Positions 17,534-26,392 of a stretch of DNA of 38,018 nucleotides are shown in pieces. The DNA lies in IMG/VR virus record IMGVR_UViG_3300029226_000089, positions 1 to 38,018 of that record; one strand, given 5' to 3'. Below the pieces are notes generated by a model that saw only the letters and a list, made by a program, of their open reading frames with translations, was not told where the DNA came from and did no database searches. This stretch comes from a virus. Lineage: Duplodnaviria > Caudoviricetes. Position 1 is the stretch's first letter; every line of letters starts with the position of its first letter. The translations under genes were made by a program, and so were the position numbers.

Positions 17534-19201
17534 TTGATATATAACACTGATTTACAGCCATTACCAATGAACAAGGAAGAATTAGAACGCTGCCTTGCTG
17601 ATCCAATTTGGCGTATTTTTAGTGGGTGTTTGTATAAAATCAAAATTAAGGGTGATGACTTCGTAAATGAGTTTGGTCAAGTCGAAGAAGCACCTACATA
17701 TGAGTTACCTTTTAAACCAAATGATGCACAGAAAAAGTTTTTAAATCGATTGTGGTACCGCAATATTATTTTAAAAGCGCGCCAGTTAGGTTTTACAACA
17801 CTGATTTGTATATTGTGGCTTGACCACGCTTTATTTAATGCTAATCAGCATTGTGGTGTTATTGCCCAAAACCTTGAAACAGTCAGTGATATCTTTAGCG
17901 ATAAGATTAAATTTGCTTACGACAATTTACCGCCTGAAATTTTAGAGCGCTTTCCGTTAAAAACTAACAATGGAACCGAGATGGAGTTCGCTCATAACGG
18001 CTCTAAAATCTCTGTGGCTACATCATTTCGAGGCGGTACCATGCACCGCTTACTGATTTCTGAGTACGGTAAGATTTGTGCCCAATCACCAGGTAAAGCA
18101 AAAGAAGTTAGAACTGGTTCATTACCTGCAGTACCAACAACAGGAATATGTGTAATTGAGTCAACTGCCGAAGGTCGAGGTGGTGACTTCTTTGATAAGG
18201 TTCAGATTGCTCAAAAGAACTTTGCATCACGTAAAAAGCTTACACCTAAAGACTTTAGACTACATTTTTATGGTTGGTGGGAAGAACCGAAATACCGTAT
18301 TGACTCTTCAGAAGTGGTTATTTCGAAAAAAGATCATAATATTTTTGATCATATTGAAATCGTTGTATCTAAAAACTTAGGTAAAAAGATCAATATTGAT
18401 CCAGATCAACGTGCTTGGTATGTCTCTACACGTGATAACGATCTATCTGGTGACCAAGCTTTGATGTGGCAAGAGTATCCATCATTCCCAGATGAAGCTT
18501 TCCAAGTGTCCACAGAAGGGAATTACTATGCCAATGACATGCTTGAACTGCGTAAACGCGGTGGTATTACTCAAGTTGAAGTCTTGGATATTCCTGTAAA
18601 TACTTTTTGGGACATTGGTAATCATGATGGTTGTGCTATTTGGTACGAGCAGATACTAAATAATCAAGATCGTTTCATTGATTATGATGAAGATCATTTT
18701 AAAGACCTACGCTTTTACGCAAAACTGATCAAAGACAAGCCTTATATTTACCATAACCATTATTTACCACACGATGCAGCACATCAACGACTTGGCGACT
18801 ACAACAAGTCAGTATTAGAAATGCTTGAAGAATTATTACCTGGTCATAATTTTGTGGTCATTCCACGTATTACATTGTTGACAACAGGTGTTCAGCAAAC
18901 ACGTAGGCTTTTAAAGAATGCTTGGTTTGATGAAGAACGATGCAAACTAGGAATTGAACGCATTGAAGGCTATAAGAAGAAATTTAATCACCAAGCCAAT
19001 ATGTATATTGATCAACCTGATAAATCAAATGGATGCTCAGAAGGTGCAGATGCACTTAGACAATGTGCACAGGCTAAAGAAGCAGGTTTGCTAGGTGATT
19101 ACCTCTATACGTCTAGTCGTACCAGTGATAATTCAAGTACAAATATTCATGAACAGCAATCTAGCTATAGAGAAGCACCACCAACAGATTGGCGAATGTA
19201 A
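17534..19201 (+). CDS. terL: Terminase large subunit
   Basis: Walker A LKARQLGFTT, Walker B LLISE, ESTA motif, nuclease WDIG, PHD, ADA; TTG start with GGAG RBS. Confidence 0.95.
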   Translation: MIYNTDLQPLPMNKEELERCLADPIWRIFSGCLYKIKIKGDDFVNEFGQVEEAPTYELPFKPNDAQKKFLNRLWYRNIILKARQLGFTTLICILWLDHALFNANQHCGVIAQNLETVSDIFSDKIKFAYDNLPPEILERFPLKTNNGTEMEFAHNGSKISVATSFRGGTMHRLLISEYGKICAQSPGKAKEVRTGSLPAVPTTGICVIESTAEGRGGDFFDKVQIAQKNFASRKKLTPKDFRLHFYGWWEEPKYRIDSSEVVISKKDHNIFDHIEIVVSKNLGKKINIDPDQRAWYVSTRDNDLSGDQALMWQEYPSFPDEAFQVSTEGNYYANDMLELRKRGGITQVEVLDIPVNTFWDIGNHDGCAIWYEQILNNQDRFIDYDEDHFKDLRFYAKLIKDKPYIYHNHYLPHDAAHQRLGDYNKSVLEMLEELLPGHNFVVIPRITLLTTGVQQTRRLLKNAWFDEERCKLGIERIEGYKKKFNHQANMYIDQPDKSNGCSEGADALRQCAQAKEAGLLGDYLYTSSRTSDNSSTNIHEQQSSYREAPPTDWRM

Positions 19202-19212
19202 GGAATTTAAAT

Positions 19213-21501
19213 ATGTTTGATCAAGAAACTACACAGATTGAGCAAGCTAATCTTGATGATGATGCTTTAACGCTTGATGAACTCACCGAAATTATGTACG
19301 AAATTGAGGAACAGCCTTATTGGCGCCATACCGCAGATAAGGAAATGGATTATGCAGATGGTAATCAGCTTGAAACTGAACTTCTTAATCGTATGAAACA
19401 GATCGGTATTCCTCCAGCAGTAGAGGATATGATCGGCCCTGCATTGCAATCTGTAGAAGGTTTCGAGTTGCAAACACGCACAGATTGGCGTGTTAAAGCC
19501 AATGGTGATACCGGCAGTGATGATGTAGCAGATGCTCTAAATTTTAAGTTGAATCAAGCTGAACGTTTATCTAAAGCGGATAAATCTTGTAGTGATGCCT
19601 TCCGTCCTCAGATTGGTTGTGGTATTGGTTGGGTTGAAGTTAAGCGCGAACAAGATCCTTTTAAATTCCCATATCGCTGTACCAAAGTCCATCGCAATGA
19701 AATTCATTGGGATATGAAATCCACTGAAAATGATTTAAGTGATGCACGTTGGTTACGTCGTACTCGTTGGATTCACCCAAAGCGATTAATGAATGCTTTT
19801 CCTCAACATGCTGAACTCATTCAAACTGTCGGCAGGTATGGTGGTTCATGGTGGCAAGAAGCTGGTGTATTGGATGGAGGAGATAGTACAGGACTTCAAA
19901 ATGCTTGGCTTGATGCTCGCTCATACACGATTAGTGAACAATATTGGTATAACCCTACTTCAAAAGAAATCAATGTTGCTGAAGTTTGGTACCGTCGATG
20001 GGTTCGTGTACCAGTTTTAAAATTCTCAGATGGTCGTGTTGTTGAATATGATTCTTCTAATATGAATCACGACATTGCCATTTTTCAAGGAATGGCACAT
20101 GTTGAACTTGCCAATATATCAAAGGTTAGACGTTCTTACTGGTTAGGACCTCATTTATTATTTGATGGACCTACACCATACTCACATCATTATTTTCCTT
20201 ATGTACCTTTCTGGGGTGCTCGTGAAGACAATACCAATATTCCTTATGGCTTTGTACGTCGAATGAAGTTCAGCCAAGACAGTATAAACTCAGGCATTTC
20301 TAAATTACGTTGGGGTATGAGCGTTACACGTGTTGAACGTACCAAAGGTGCGGTTGATATGACAGATGAGCAGCTTCGTCGGCAAGTTGCTCGTCCTGAC
20401 GCAGATATTGTATTGAATGCTAATCATATGGCAAAAAATGGAGCACGTTTTGAAGTAAAGCGTGATTTCGAATTGTCACAACAACATTTTCAATTAATTA
20501 ATGATAATCGCGCTGCAATAGAACGTGTCAGCAATATTACTTCTGGCTTCCAAGGTAAGAAAGGAAATGCAACATCGGGCAAACAAGAACAATTGCAGAT
20601 TGAACAATCCAATCAGACTTTAATGAAAATCATGGATAATTTTAGAGAAGCCAGAACACTGATAGGTGAAATGCTTCTTTCAATGATAGTTGAAGATATG
20701 GGAACTCGTCAGCAAACTGTGATTATTGAAGGTGATGCAATTCGTGAAGATCGTACTGTCGTAATCAATAAGCCTGAAGTTGATGAAATGGGCTATCCAT
20801 ATGTATCAAATGATGTGCAACGTATTCGCTTGAAAGTAGTACTCGATGATGTTCCAAGTTCTACAACATTCCGTGAACAACAATTGAATGCTTTATCCGA
20901 GATTACCAAGTCATTGTCTGCTGAAATTCAAACTGCCGTATTGCCTTATGTAATGGCATTGACTGATATTCCGTTTAAGAAAGATATTATTGAATCAATT
21001 CGCCAAGCTACTCAGGCATCTACACCAGAACAAATCGAGCAACGTATTCGAGAAGAAGTTAAGCAAGCACTAGCACAAGCTGGTAATGATATTAAATTGC
21101 GTGAACTTGAACTTAAAGAACGCAAGGCAGATAGTGAGATTAAACTCACTGAAGCTAAATCGGTACAAACAGGTGTTCAGTCTTCTTATAGTGCGATGCA
21201 GAGTGGTGTTCAAGTGGCTCAAATGCCACAGATTGCACCTATTGCGGACGAGATTATGAAAGGTGCTGGTTATCAACGTCCAAATCCAATGGGAGATGAT
21301 CCTAACTTCCCGAGCGCAGAACAGACCGCAGCTAGTGATATTCGTAGCCCATACATTCAAGGGCAGGGTGCAGAGATAGGCAGTGAAGGATTGGCAGAGG
21401 TACAACAGAATACTAGTCCGCTGAATCCACCTGTGCCGAAGCAAGGTTCTATAGGGATGAAGGGGATTGAGACAGAAAGAGTGAGTGATAATTTAGGATA
21501 A
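19213..21501 (+). CDS. Portal protein (P22-like)
   Basis: About 760 aa after TerL; Y.DG.Q, FPYVPFWG, PYG.VR, ATSG motifs and a long helical C-terminus. Confidence 0.9.
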   Translation: MFDQETTQIEQANLDDDALTLDELTEIMYEIEEQPYWRHTADKEMDYADGNQLETELLNRMKQIGIPPAVEDMIGPALQSVEGFELQTRTDWRVKANGDTGSDDVADALNFKLNQAERLSKADKSCSDAFRPQIGCGIGWVEVKREQDPFKFPYRCTKVHRNEIHWDMKSTENDLSDARWLRRTRWIHPKRLMNAFPQHAELIQTVGRYGGSWWQEAGVLDGGDSTGLQNAWLDARSYTISEQYWYNPTSKEINVAEVWYRRWVRVPVLKFSDGRVVEYDSSNMNHDIAIFQGMAHVELANISKVRRSYWLGPHLLFDGPTPYSHHYFPYVPFWGAREDNTNIPYGFVRRMKFSQDSINSGISKLRWGMSVTRVERTKGAVDMTDEQLRRQVARPDADIVLNANHMAKNGARFEVKRDFELSQQHFQLINDNRAAIERVSNITSGFQGKKGNATSGKQEQLQIEQSNQTLMKIMDNFREARTLIGEMLLSMIVEDMGTRQQTVIIEGDAIREDRTVVINKPEVDEMGYPYVSNDVQRIRLKVVLDDVPSSTTFREQQLNALSEITKSLSAEIQTAVLPYVMALTDIPFKKDIIESIRQATQASTPEQIEQRIREEVKQALAQAGNDIKLRELELKERKADSEIKLTEAKSVQTGVQSSYSAMQSGVQVAQMPQIAPIADEIMKGAGYQRPNPMGDDPNFPSAEQTAASDIRSPYIQGQGAEIGSEGLAEVQQNTSPLNPPVPKQGSIGMKGIETERVSDNLG

Positions 21502-21579
21502 CATCTTGACTTTTAAAAATTAAACCTCATTGTATGCAACACATTAAATGAATGCATTTATAAAAAATTTACTACTGGA

Positions 21580-22257
21580 ATGGAGCATACAATGCCAAAT
21601 ACTGATTATTTTAAATTATTACATAAACAACTATCTTCTGCTAAAGAGCTGTCAACGCAAAAAAGTGCCAAGGGCTTTTTAGGTCAAGAAATATTGAGAT
21701 TTCATTCAATTGCAGGGACGCTTTTGAGTAACACGAAACCAAATGGTCGCTTCGTTTTAGATGATGGTGCATCGGTTGATGAGCGATACATCACACAACC
21801 ATTGATTCGCTCATTGTTAGAAAACTTTTTTAGGATCATATACATTTTTGATGACAGCGAATTGGAAAGTGAGAGATTCGAGAAAGCTGTAAATGGTTTC
21901 AAAGAAGATTATAGAAAGCTTCTCAATGCCTTGAAGAAACGAGGTTGGGAAAACTTCATGAATGAATATGGTTCAAGCCTTCAACCTGCAAATAATGAAT
22001 GGAGTGGTCTACCAAAGTTGAAAAATATAAATGATATATTGGTTGAAATGGATAAGGTTAAAGATCATAAGCTTCAACGTTTATATGCGTTATATCGGAT
22101 GTCAAGCTTTGATATTCATGGTAACAGCCTAAAAATTTTTTTTGATGTAGCATTCAATACAGAGTGTGGTTTTCCGATTATTAAAATTAAAGATGCTATC
22201 AACATGATAGCATACACTTATGTAGCTCTACTTAATGTACACATACAATCAGCTTAA
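21580..22257 (+). CDS. DUF5677-like helical hypothetical protein (moron)
   Basis: RSLLE and Y..SS..IHGN motifs; AT-rich; followed by its own terminator. Start may be 21592. Confidence 0.6.
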   Translation: MEHTMPNTDYFKLLHKQLSSAKELSTQKSAKGFLGQEILRFHSIAGTLLSNTKPNGRFVLDDGASVDERYITQPLIRSLLENFFRIIYIFDDSELESERFEKAVNGFKEDYRKLLNALKKRGWENFMNEYGSSLQPANNEWSGLPKLKNINDILVEMDKVKDHKLQRLYALYRMSSFDIHGNSLKIFFDVAFNTECGFPIIKIKDAINMIAYTYVALLNVHIQSA

Positions 22258-22295
22258 ATTTAGCTGACTGATGGCTTATAAGCTGATAAAAATTT

Positions 22296-22329
22296 AAAAA
22301 AAAGACAGCCATTTGGCTGTCTTTTTTTT
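22296..22329. terminator. Bidirectional intrinsic terminator
   Basis: A8-GACAGCCA-tt-TGGCTGTC-T8. Confidence 0.9.
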
Positions 22330-22333
22330 CCAC

Positions 22334-23140
22334 TTATATCAATTTAAATCGTTCAATTGCAGATAAGTTCCACTGATGTGAAAGCAACTGATTTTTTAGA
22401 GTTACTTTTTCAGTTTCTTGCACAAATCGCCAAGCTGCAATGGAGCCATCCACAAAATAATCATGCACTGAATTAGCGATATTGGGATTCAGAATGCGAA
22501 TCCCTTCACCATATTCTTTCCACCAGTGATTAACCCAAATCATCGCTTGAGCTAAACCTGAGATATATAAATCATTATTTTTACTTTCTTTGTTACCAAA
22601 CAAAGCAATCAAATGATGTACATACTCAACAGCAACTGGAATAGCGTCATATGGAATATCTTCAATGTGATCTACGTTGAAGCGTTGATGTACGAGCTTG
22701 TAAGCATCGCTGTAGTTTAGATGCTTGGTTTTAGCGACAAGCATATTTACAGCATTGGTTAATGGCTCACGCTCTGATTTGTGGGTTTTAGCTACTGGTT
22801 GACCGACTTCTTTATCAAGAATGTCGAGTACCCATTTTCGGAATGTCTTAGCCACATCAGTACGTGCGAACATTGCTATGAGATGACAACCACGCAACGA
22901 AAATATTCGAACACTTAATTTGCGCTTACTGTTGTTAATTCCATTGGTCACTGATTCAATGACCAATGACATAGATGAGGTAAACTCATCTTTGTTTGAG
23001 TTGTAAAGATTACTTACGGATTTAACACTTTTATAATCTAAGGCTCGTGCTAATTCAGATGCTGTTAGGTAAATCTGTCCATCACATTGAACTACGGGGT
23101 TAAATTTCACTTCATTAAAACTTAATGCTAGACTATTCAT
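22334..23140 (-). CDS. ant: Antirepressor (Bro-N + P22AR C-terminal type)
   Basis: ELARAL.Y...V..LY..N.DEF, RIFSLRGCHLIAMFART.VAK.FRKWVLD, VHQRFNV motifs. Confidence 0.88.
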   Translation of the reverse strand: MNSLALSFNEVKFNPVVQCDGQIYLTASELARALDYKSVKSVSNLYNSNKDEFTSSMSLVIESVTNGINNSKRKLSVRIFSLRGCHLIAMFARTDVAKTFRKWVLDILDKEVGQPVAKTHKSEREPLTNAVNMLVAKTKHLNYSDAYKLVHQRFNVDHIEDIPYDAIPVAVEYVHHLIALFGNKESKNNDLYISGLAQAMIWVNHWWKEYGEGIRILNPNIANSVHDYFVDGSIAAWRFVQETEKVTLKNQLLSHQWNLSAIERFKLI

Positions 23141-23166
23141 GTCTATATCTCCAATGGTTTAGACAT

Positions 23167-23265
23167 AACCCCTTGTTTGATTTGACGGTCTGCAAGGGGT
23201 TACTTATTTATGACACTATAATCTTGTCATTGAAATAAGTATTTCATAGTGTTATTATCATGTCA
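23167..23265. promoter_or_regulatory. ant/arc intergenic control region
   Basis: Stem TAACCCCTTG...CAAGGGGTTA in the ant leader; near-inverted ATGACACTAT/ATAGTGTTAT and TGACA/TGTCA half-sites. Confidence 0.55.
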
Positions 23266-23289
23266 AATCAATTTTTAGGCTGATATCCA

Positions 23290-23664
23290 ATGGCAGATCC
23301 AAAAACTGGAAGAGCTATTTCTCAAGATGACTGGAAACGTACACAAGTACGCATGCCACAAGAGCAATACCAAGCAATCATGAAATATGCCGAACAAAAT
23401 AACTTATCTCTAAATACAGCTATGCTTGAATTAATGGATAAAGGTTTGAGTGGTCCATCAGATGAATTAATGTTAACAAAGGTCGATGAACTAACAGAAG
23501 AAGTCCTTGAGTTGAGTAGAGAGTCTCGTGAAATGCGAGTGCTTTATGTAGAGGCTCTTAATAAAAATTTTGAAAACCTTCCTATAAACTTGAGATCAAA
23601 ATACGGGAAAATTATTAAAACTATACTTAATGAAAATAACTTAGAGCAAAATAAGGATCAATGA
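23290..23664 (+). CDS. Arc/Mnt-like ribbon-helix-helix repressor
   Basis: RTQVRMP......I..YAE.N..SLN.A..EL...GL, divergent from ant. Confidence 0.8.
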   Translation: MADPKTGRAISQDDWKRTQVRMPQEQYQAIMKYAEQNNLSLNTAMLELMDKGLSGPSDELMLTKVDELTEEVLELSRESREMRVLYVEALNKNFENLPINLRSKYGKIIKTILNENNLEQNKDQ

Positions 23665-23856
23665 ATGACGATTGTGCATACTTTTTATCATGTGGCTTAT
23701 AATAAATCATATAATTTATTTCCAAAATTTAAGGTAGATTCAGAAATTTTTATAGGTAATGAGTTTAACCCTTTTTATAATTATTTCTACAGTACTAGTG
23801 ATCATATTGAGGTAGGTGTTCCAAGAGGAAATCAAAAAGTCCATTTAATAGTATAA
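23665..23856 (+). pseudogene. Short ORF, probable truncated gene remnant
   Basis: 63 aa FYHV...IGNEFNPFY, recalled as resembling the N-terminus of DUF2441-type proteins (unverified). Confidence 0.35.
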
Positions 23857-23871
23857 TTCGGAAATTTCATA

Positions 23872-24738
23872 ATGAATAAAGAAGATAAAGCCCATTTAAA
23901 ATATTTATATTCAATATTTGTAGGTATTGAAAATAGTATATCTACAATATCATATAAATATATTTCAAACACTGAACTTAGTAAGTTACCTTTAACTGAA
24001 GCGCAATATGTATATTGGTTTGAAAATATTCAAAAATTTCATATATGTGGGTTAACTACAATTTTCAGGTTGAAAAAATGGTATGAGGCAGTTGAATCTG
24101 CATACAAATGTCAAAATTATTATAGTTTTTGTGCTGCATTGAGGGGTGGGATCGAAGCTTGTGCAGACTCTTTTTATTCATTAGGTGGATGTGTCACAAC
24201 AATTGCTGAAAATTTCTCCATGATTAAGTTGGCTTTAGATAAAAAACCTATAAAAAATTATAGTTTTGTTGTGTCTGTTGAAATTGAAGAAATGTTGATT
24301 CATTACATATATGGAAGAAAGTTGTCTAAAGCAGAAAAGAATAAATGTGAAAATAGTCATAATGCACAGCTAGTGCAAACTTACTTAAATTCATTAGAAA
24401 ATGAAAAAACTAAAGAGTTGTATTCTACGCTTTGTCAAGTAACTCATCCTTCTGCGTACTCATTAATTCCATTTTTATCTCACATTTCTGATAGTGAGCA
24501 ATTGGTACATTCATTTAGTATTGATAAGGAACTCATAGATTCTATTTTACAAAAATATATAGAAGTGATTTCTGAAACTGTTACTCTCGCTTTAGGACCT
24601 GCATTATGTAGTTTAAAAATAGTAAACTTATTATTTGACTCAATAGATACTAATTTTGTAATGAATGAAAATTTATTGGGTAATCTTTCAGAGTATAAAT
24701 ATTGGAACAAATTAGAAGAAAAAATAAAAATTAGTTAA
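23872..24738 (+). CDS. DUF5677-like helical hypothetical protein (moron)
   Basis: LRGGIE and LYS.LC..THP motifs; very AT-rich. Confidence 0.6.
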   Translation: MNKEDKAHLKYLYSIFVGIENSISTISYKYISNTELSKLPLTEAQYVYWFENIQKFHICGLTTIFRLKKWYEAVESAYKCQNYYSFCAALRGGIEACADSFYSLGGCVTTIAENFSMIKLALDKKPIKNYSFVVSVEIEEMLIHYIYGRKLSKAEKNKCENSHNAQLVQTYLNSLENEKTKELYSTLCQVTHPSAYSLIPFLSHISDSEQLVHSFSIDKELIDSILQKYIEVISETVTLALGPALCSLKIVNLLFDSIDTNFVMNENLLGNLSEYKYWNKLEEKIKIS

Positions 24739-24789
24739 TTTTTATTTTTGACGCTTGTTATATATTAGTTATTTAAAAAAGGATAAATT

Positions 24790-25197
24790 ATGTGCGAAGC
24801 AAACTTCACATACGATTCAGGCAATAAAAACTTTCTTAAATCAATCGAGGTAGAAGCAAAAAAAATTAAAGATGCCATTTTAGATACAAAAAAATTTCAA
24901 TTGCGGACACATTTAAAAAGCCTAAAACTTTCATCTCCTGGTGAATTTGATGATAAACATTGGAAAAAATTCCACTTATCGAAATTGACGTCTGATTATA
25001 AGCAGTTGTTAGCTTTGAGAAAAAAGTTTCCTGAGAAATATTCACAAGAAGAATTATTAGAATTTACTATAGGAGAACTTATAGATCTTGTTGCCCAAAA
25101 AGATCTTCAGCTTGAAGCCATAATGGTTAAAAATCAGGATAAAATCGAAAATGGAAATAAACTTATTCTTCTAAGGTTTATACCAGAGATCGATTAA
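24790..25197 (+). CDS. Hypothetical protein
   Basis: 135-aa ORF with AAGGA RBS, upstream TTGACG and a downstream terminator. Confidence 0.7.
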   Translation: MCEANFTYDSGNKNFLKSIEVEAKKIKDAILDTKKFQLRTHLKSLKLSSPGEFDDKHWKKFHLSKLTSDYKQLLALRKKFPEKYSQEELLEFTIGELIDLVAQKDLQLEAIMVKNQDKIENGNKLILLRFIPEID

Positions 25198-25205
25198 AAT
25201 TAAAT

Positions 25206-25227
25206 ACCACCTTCGGGTGGTTTTTTT
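25206..25227 (+). terminator. Intrinsic terminator
   Basis: ACCACC-TTCG-GGTGGT plus T-run. Confidence 0.9.
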
Positions 25228-25228
25228 A

Positions 25229-25274
25229 CCCCCCCCTGTAAGGCTAACACCATTATATCTAAATTCTTGAAACT
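25229..25274 (+). promoter_or_regulatory. Putative late promoter 2
   Basis: C8-TGTAAGG-N8-ATTATAT immediately after a terminator and before the scaffold gene. Confidence 0.6.
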
Positions 25275-25281
25275 TATCTCA

Positions 25282-25351
25282 TGTTGAGCAATCGACAGCT
25301 AAACGCTAGTAACTCTAGCCATTCGCCTTAGCGGTCACAGCGATAAGTGAT
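25282..25351 (+). other. Putative structured 5' leader of scaffold mRNA
   Basis: Three consecutive stems, the first capped by a GCAA tetraloop, ending at the AGGA RBS. Confidence 0.45.
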
Positions 25352-25360
25352 AGGAAAGAC

Positions 25361-26371
25361 ATGGATATTACAGAGCAACAACAACAGTTGATTGATGATA
25401 ATGGTGGGAAACTTACACCTGAACTTGCAGCTCAATTGATAGATCAAGAGCTTCATGGCGATACCGCATCTAAACCTGCGGAAGATGGTAGTCAGCCAGC
25501 AACTACCCAAGAACAGGAACAAGGCAATACACCAAAAACTGAACCCCCAGCACAACAGCAACCTGATGAAAGTCAGATGAATGCTGAAAATGCAGTGGTT
25601 CTTGCAAAAGATGGTAAGCACACCATTCCATTTGAACGTCTTGCTGATGCACGCAAGGGTGAACAAGAGTGGAAGCAAAAGTACGAAGATGCGCAAACAG
25701 AGCTTGCAAAGCTTCAAACAGATGCACAACAACGTATTGATAAAGGTCAAGCACCTACAGCACAAGATAACCAAGTAGCTATTGCTCAAAAAGCCATTGA
25801 TGAAGGTGTAAACCCTGCAATCTTTGGTGATTTTAGTGAAAAGGCTTTAGCTGAAGGTATTCAAAAAGTTGTAGATATGCGTGTTTCTGCAATGGTTGAT
25901 CAACGTGTAAAAGACGCATTGGCACCATTTCAACAGCAACAAGCAGTCAGTGCTGAGCAAGCACACTTTACTGAAATCTTTACGGCACACCCTGACGCGG
26001 AATCTATTGTTGAATCAAAAGAATTTAATGATTGGATGAGTGCTCAACCGGGTATTACGAAAAGTGCTTATCAATCAGTCTTAAATGGTGGTACGGCTTC
26101 ACAAGTCGTCGAACTTTTAGGATTGTACAAAACTGCAAATCAATCAACTGAACAAGCTGCAAAACCCGATGCGGTTAAAGCAGCAGCGCAAGAAGCTGTA
26201 AAAAACGCTCAAACACAAGTACCACATAGCCTTTCAGATTTGCCCGCTAGTTCGCCTGCTGGTGTTTCTCGTGATGAACGCATTGCCAATATGACACCTG
26301 CGCAAATGATCGAAGAGATGTCGAACTGGACTGAAGAACAACGTGAGCAATATCTGAATCGTCGTGTGTAA
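25361..26371 (+). CDS. Capsid scaffolding protein
   Basis: Acidic Q/A-rich coiled protein with KDGKHTIP motif, directly before the capsid gene. Confidence 0.8.
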   Translation: MDITEQQQQLIDDNGGKLTPELAAQLIDQELHGDTASKPAEDGSQPATTQEQEQGNTPKTEPPAQQQPDESQMNAENAVVLAKDGKHTIPFERLADARKGEQEWKQKYEDAQTELAKLQTDAQQRIDKGQAPTAQDNQVAIAQKAIDEGVNPAIFGDFSEKALAEGIQKVVDMRVSAMVDQRVKDALAPFQQQQAVSAEQAHFTEIFTAHPDAESIVESKEFNDWMSAQPGITKSAYQSVLNGGTASQVVELLGLYKTANQSTEQAAKPDAVKAAAQEAVKNAQTQVPHSLSDLPASSPAGVSRDERIANMTPAQMIEEMSNWTEEQREQYLNRRV

Positions 26372-26392
26372 TTTAAATTGTGGAGAGTCGAC

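Noticed and set aside
25328-25789. Cys/Leu-rich hydrophobic minus-strand ORF
   Set aside because: Antisense shadow of the Gln/Ala-rich scaffold gene.
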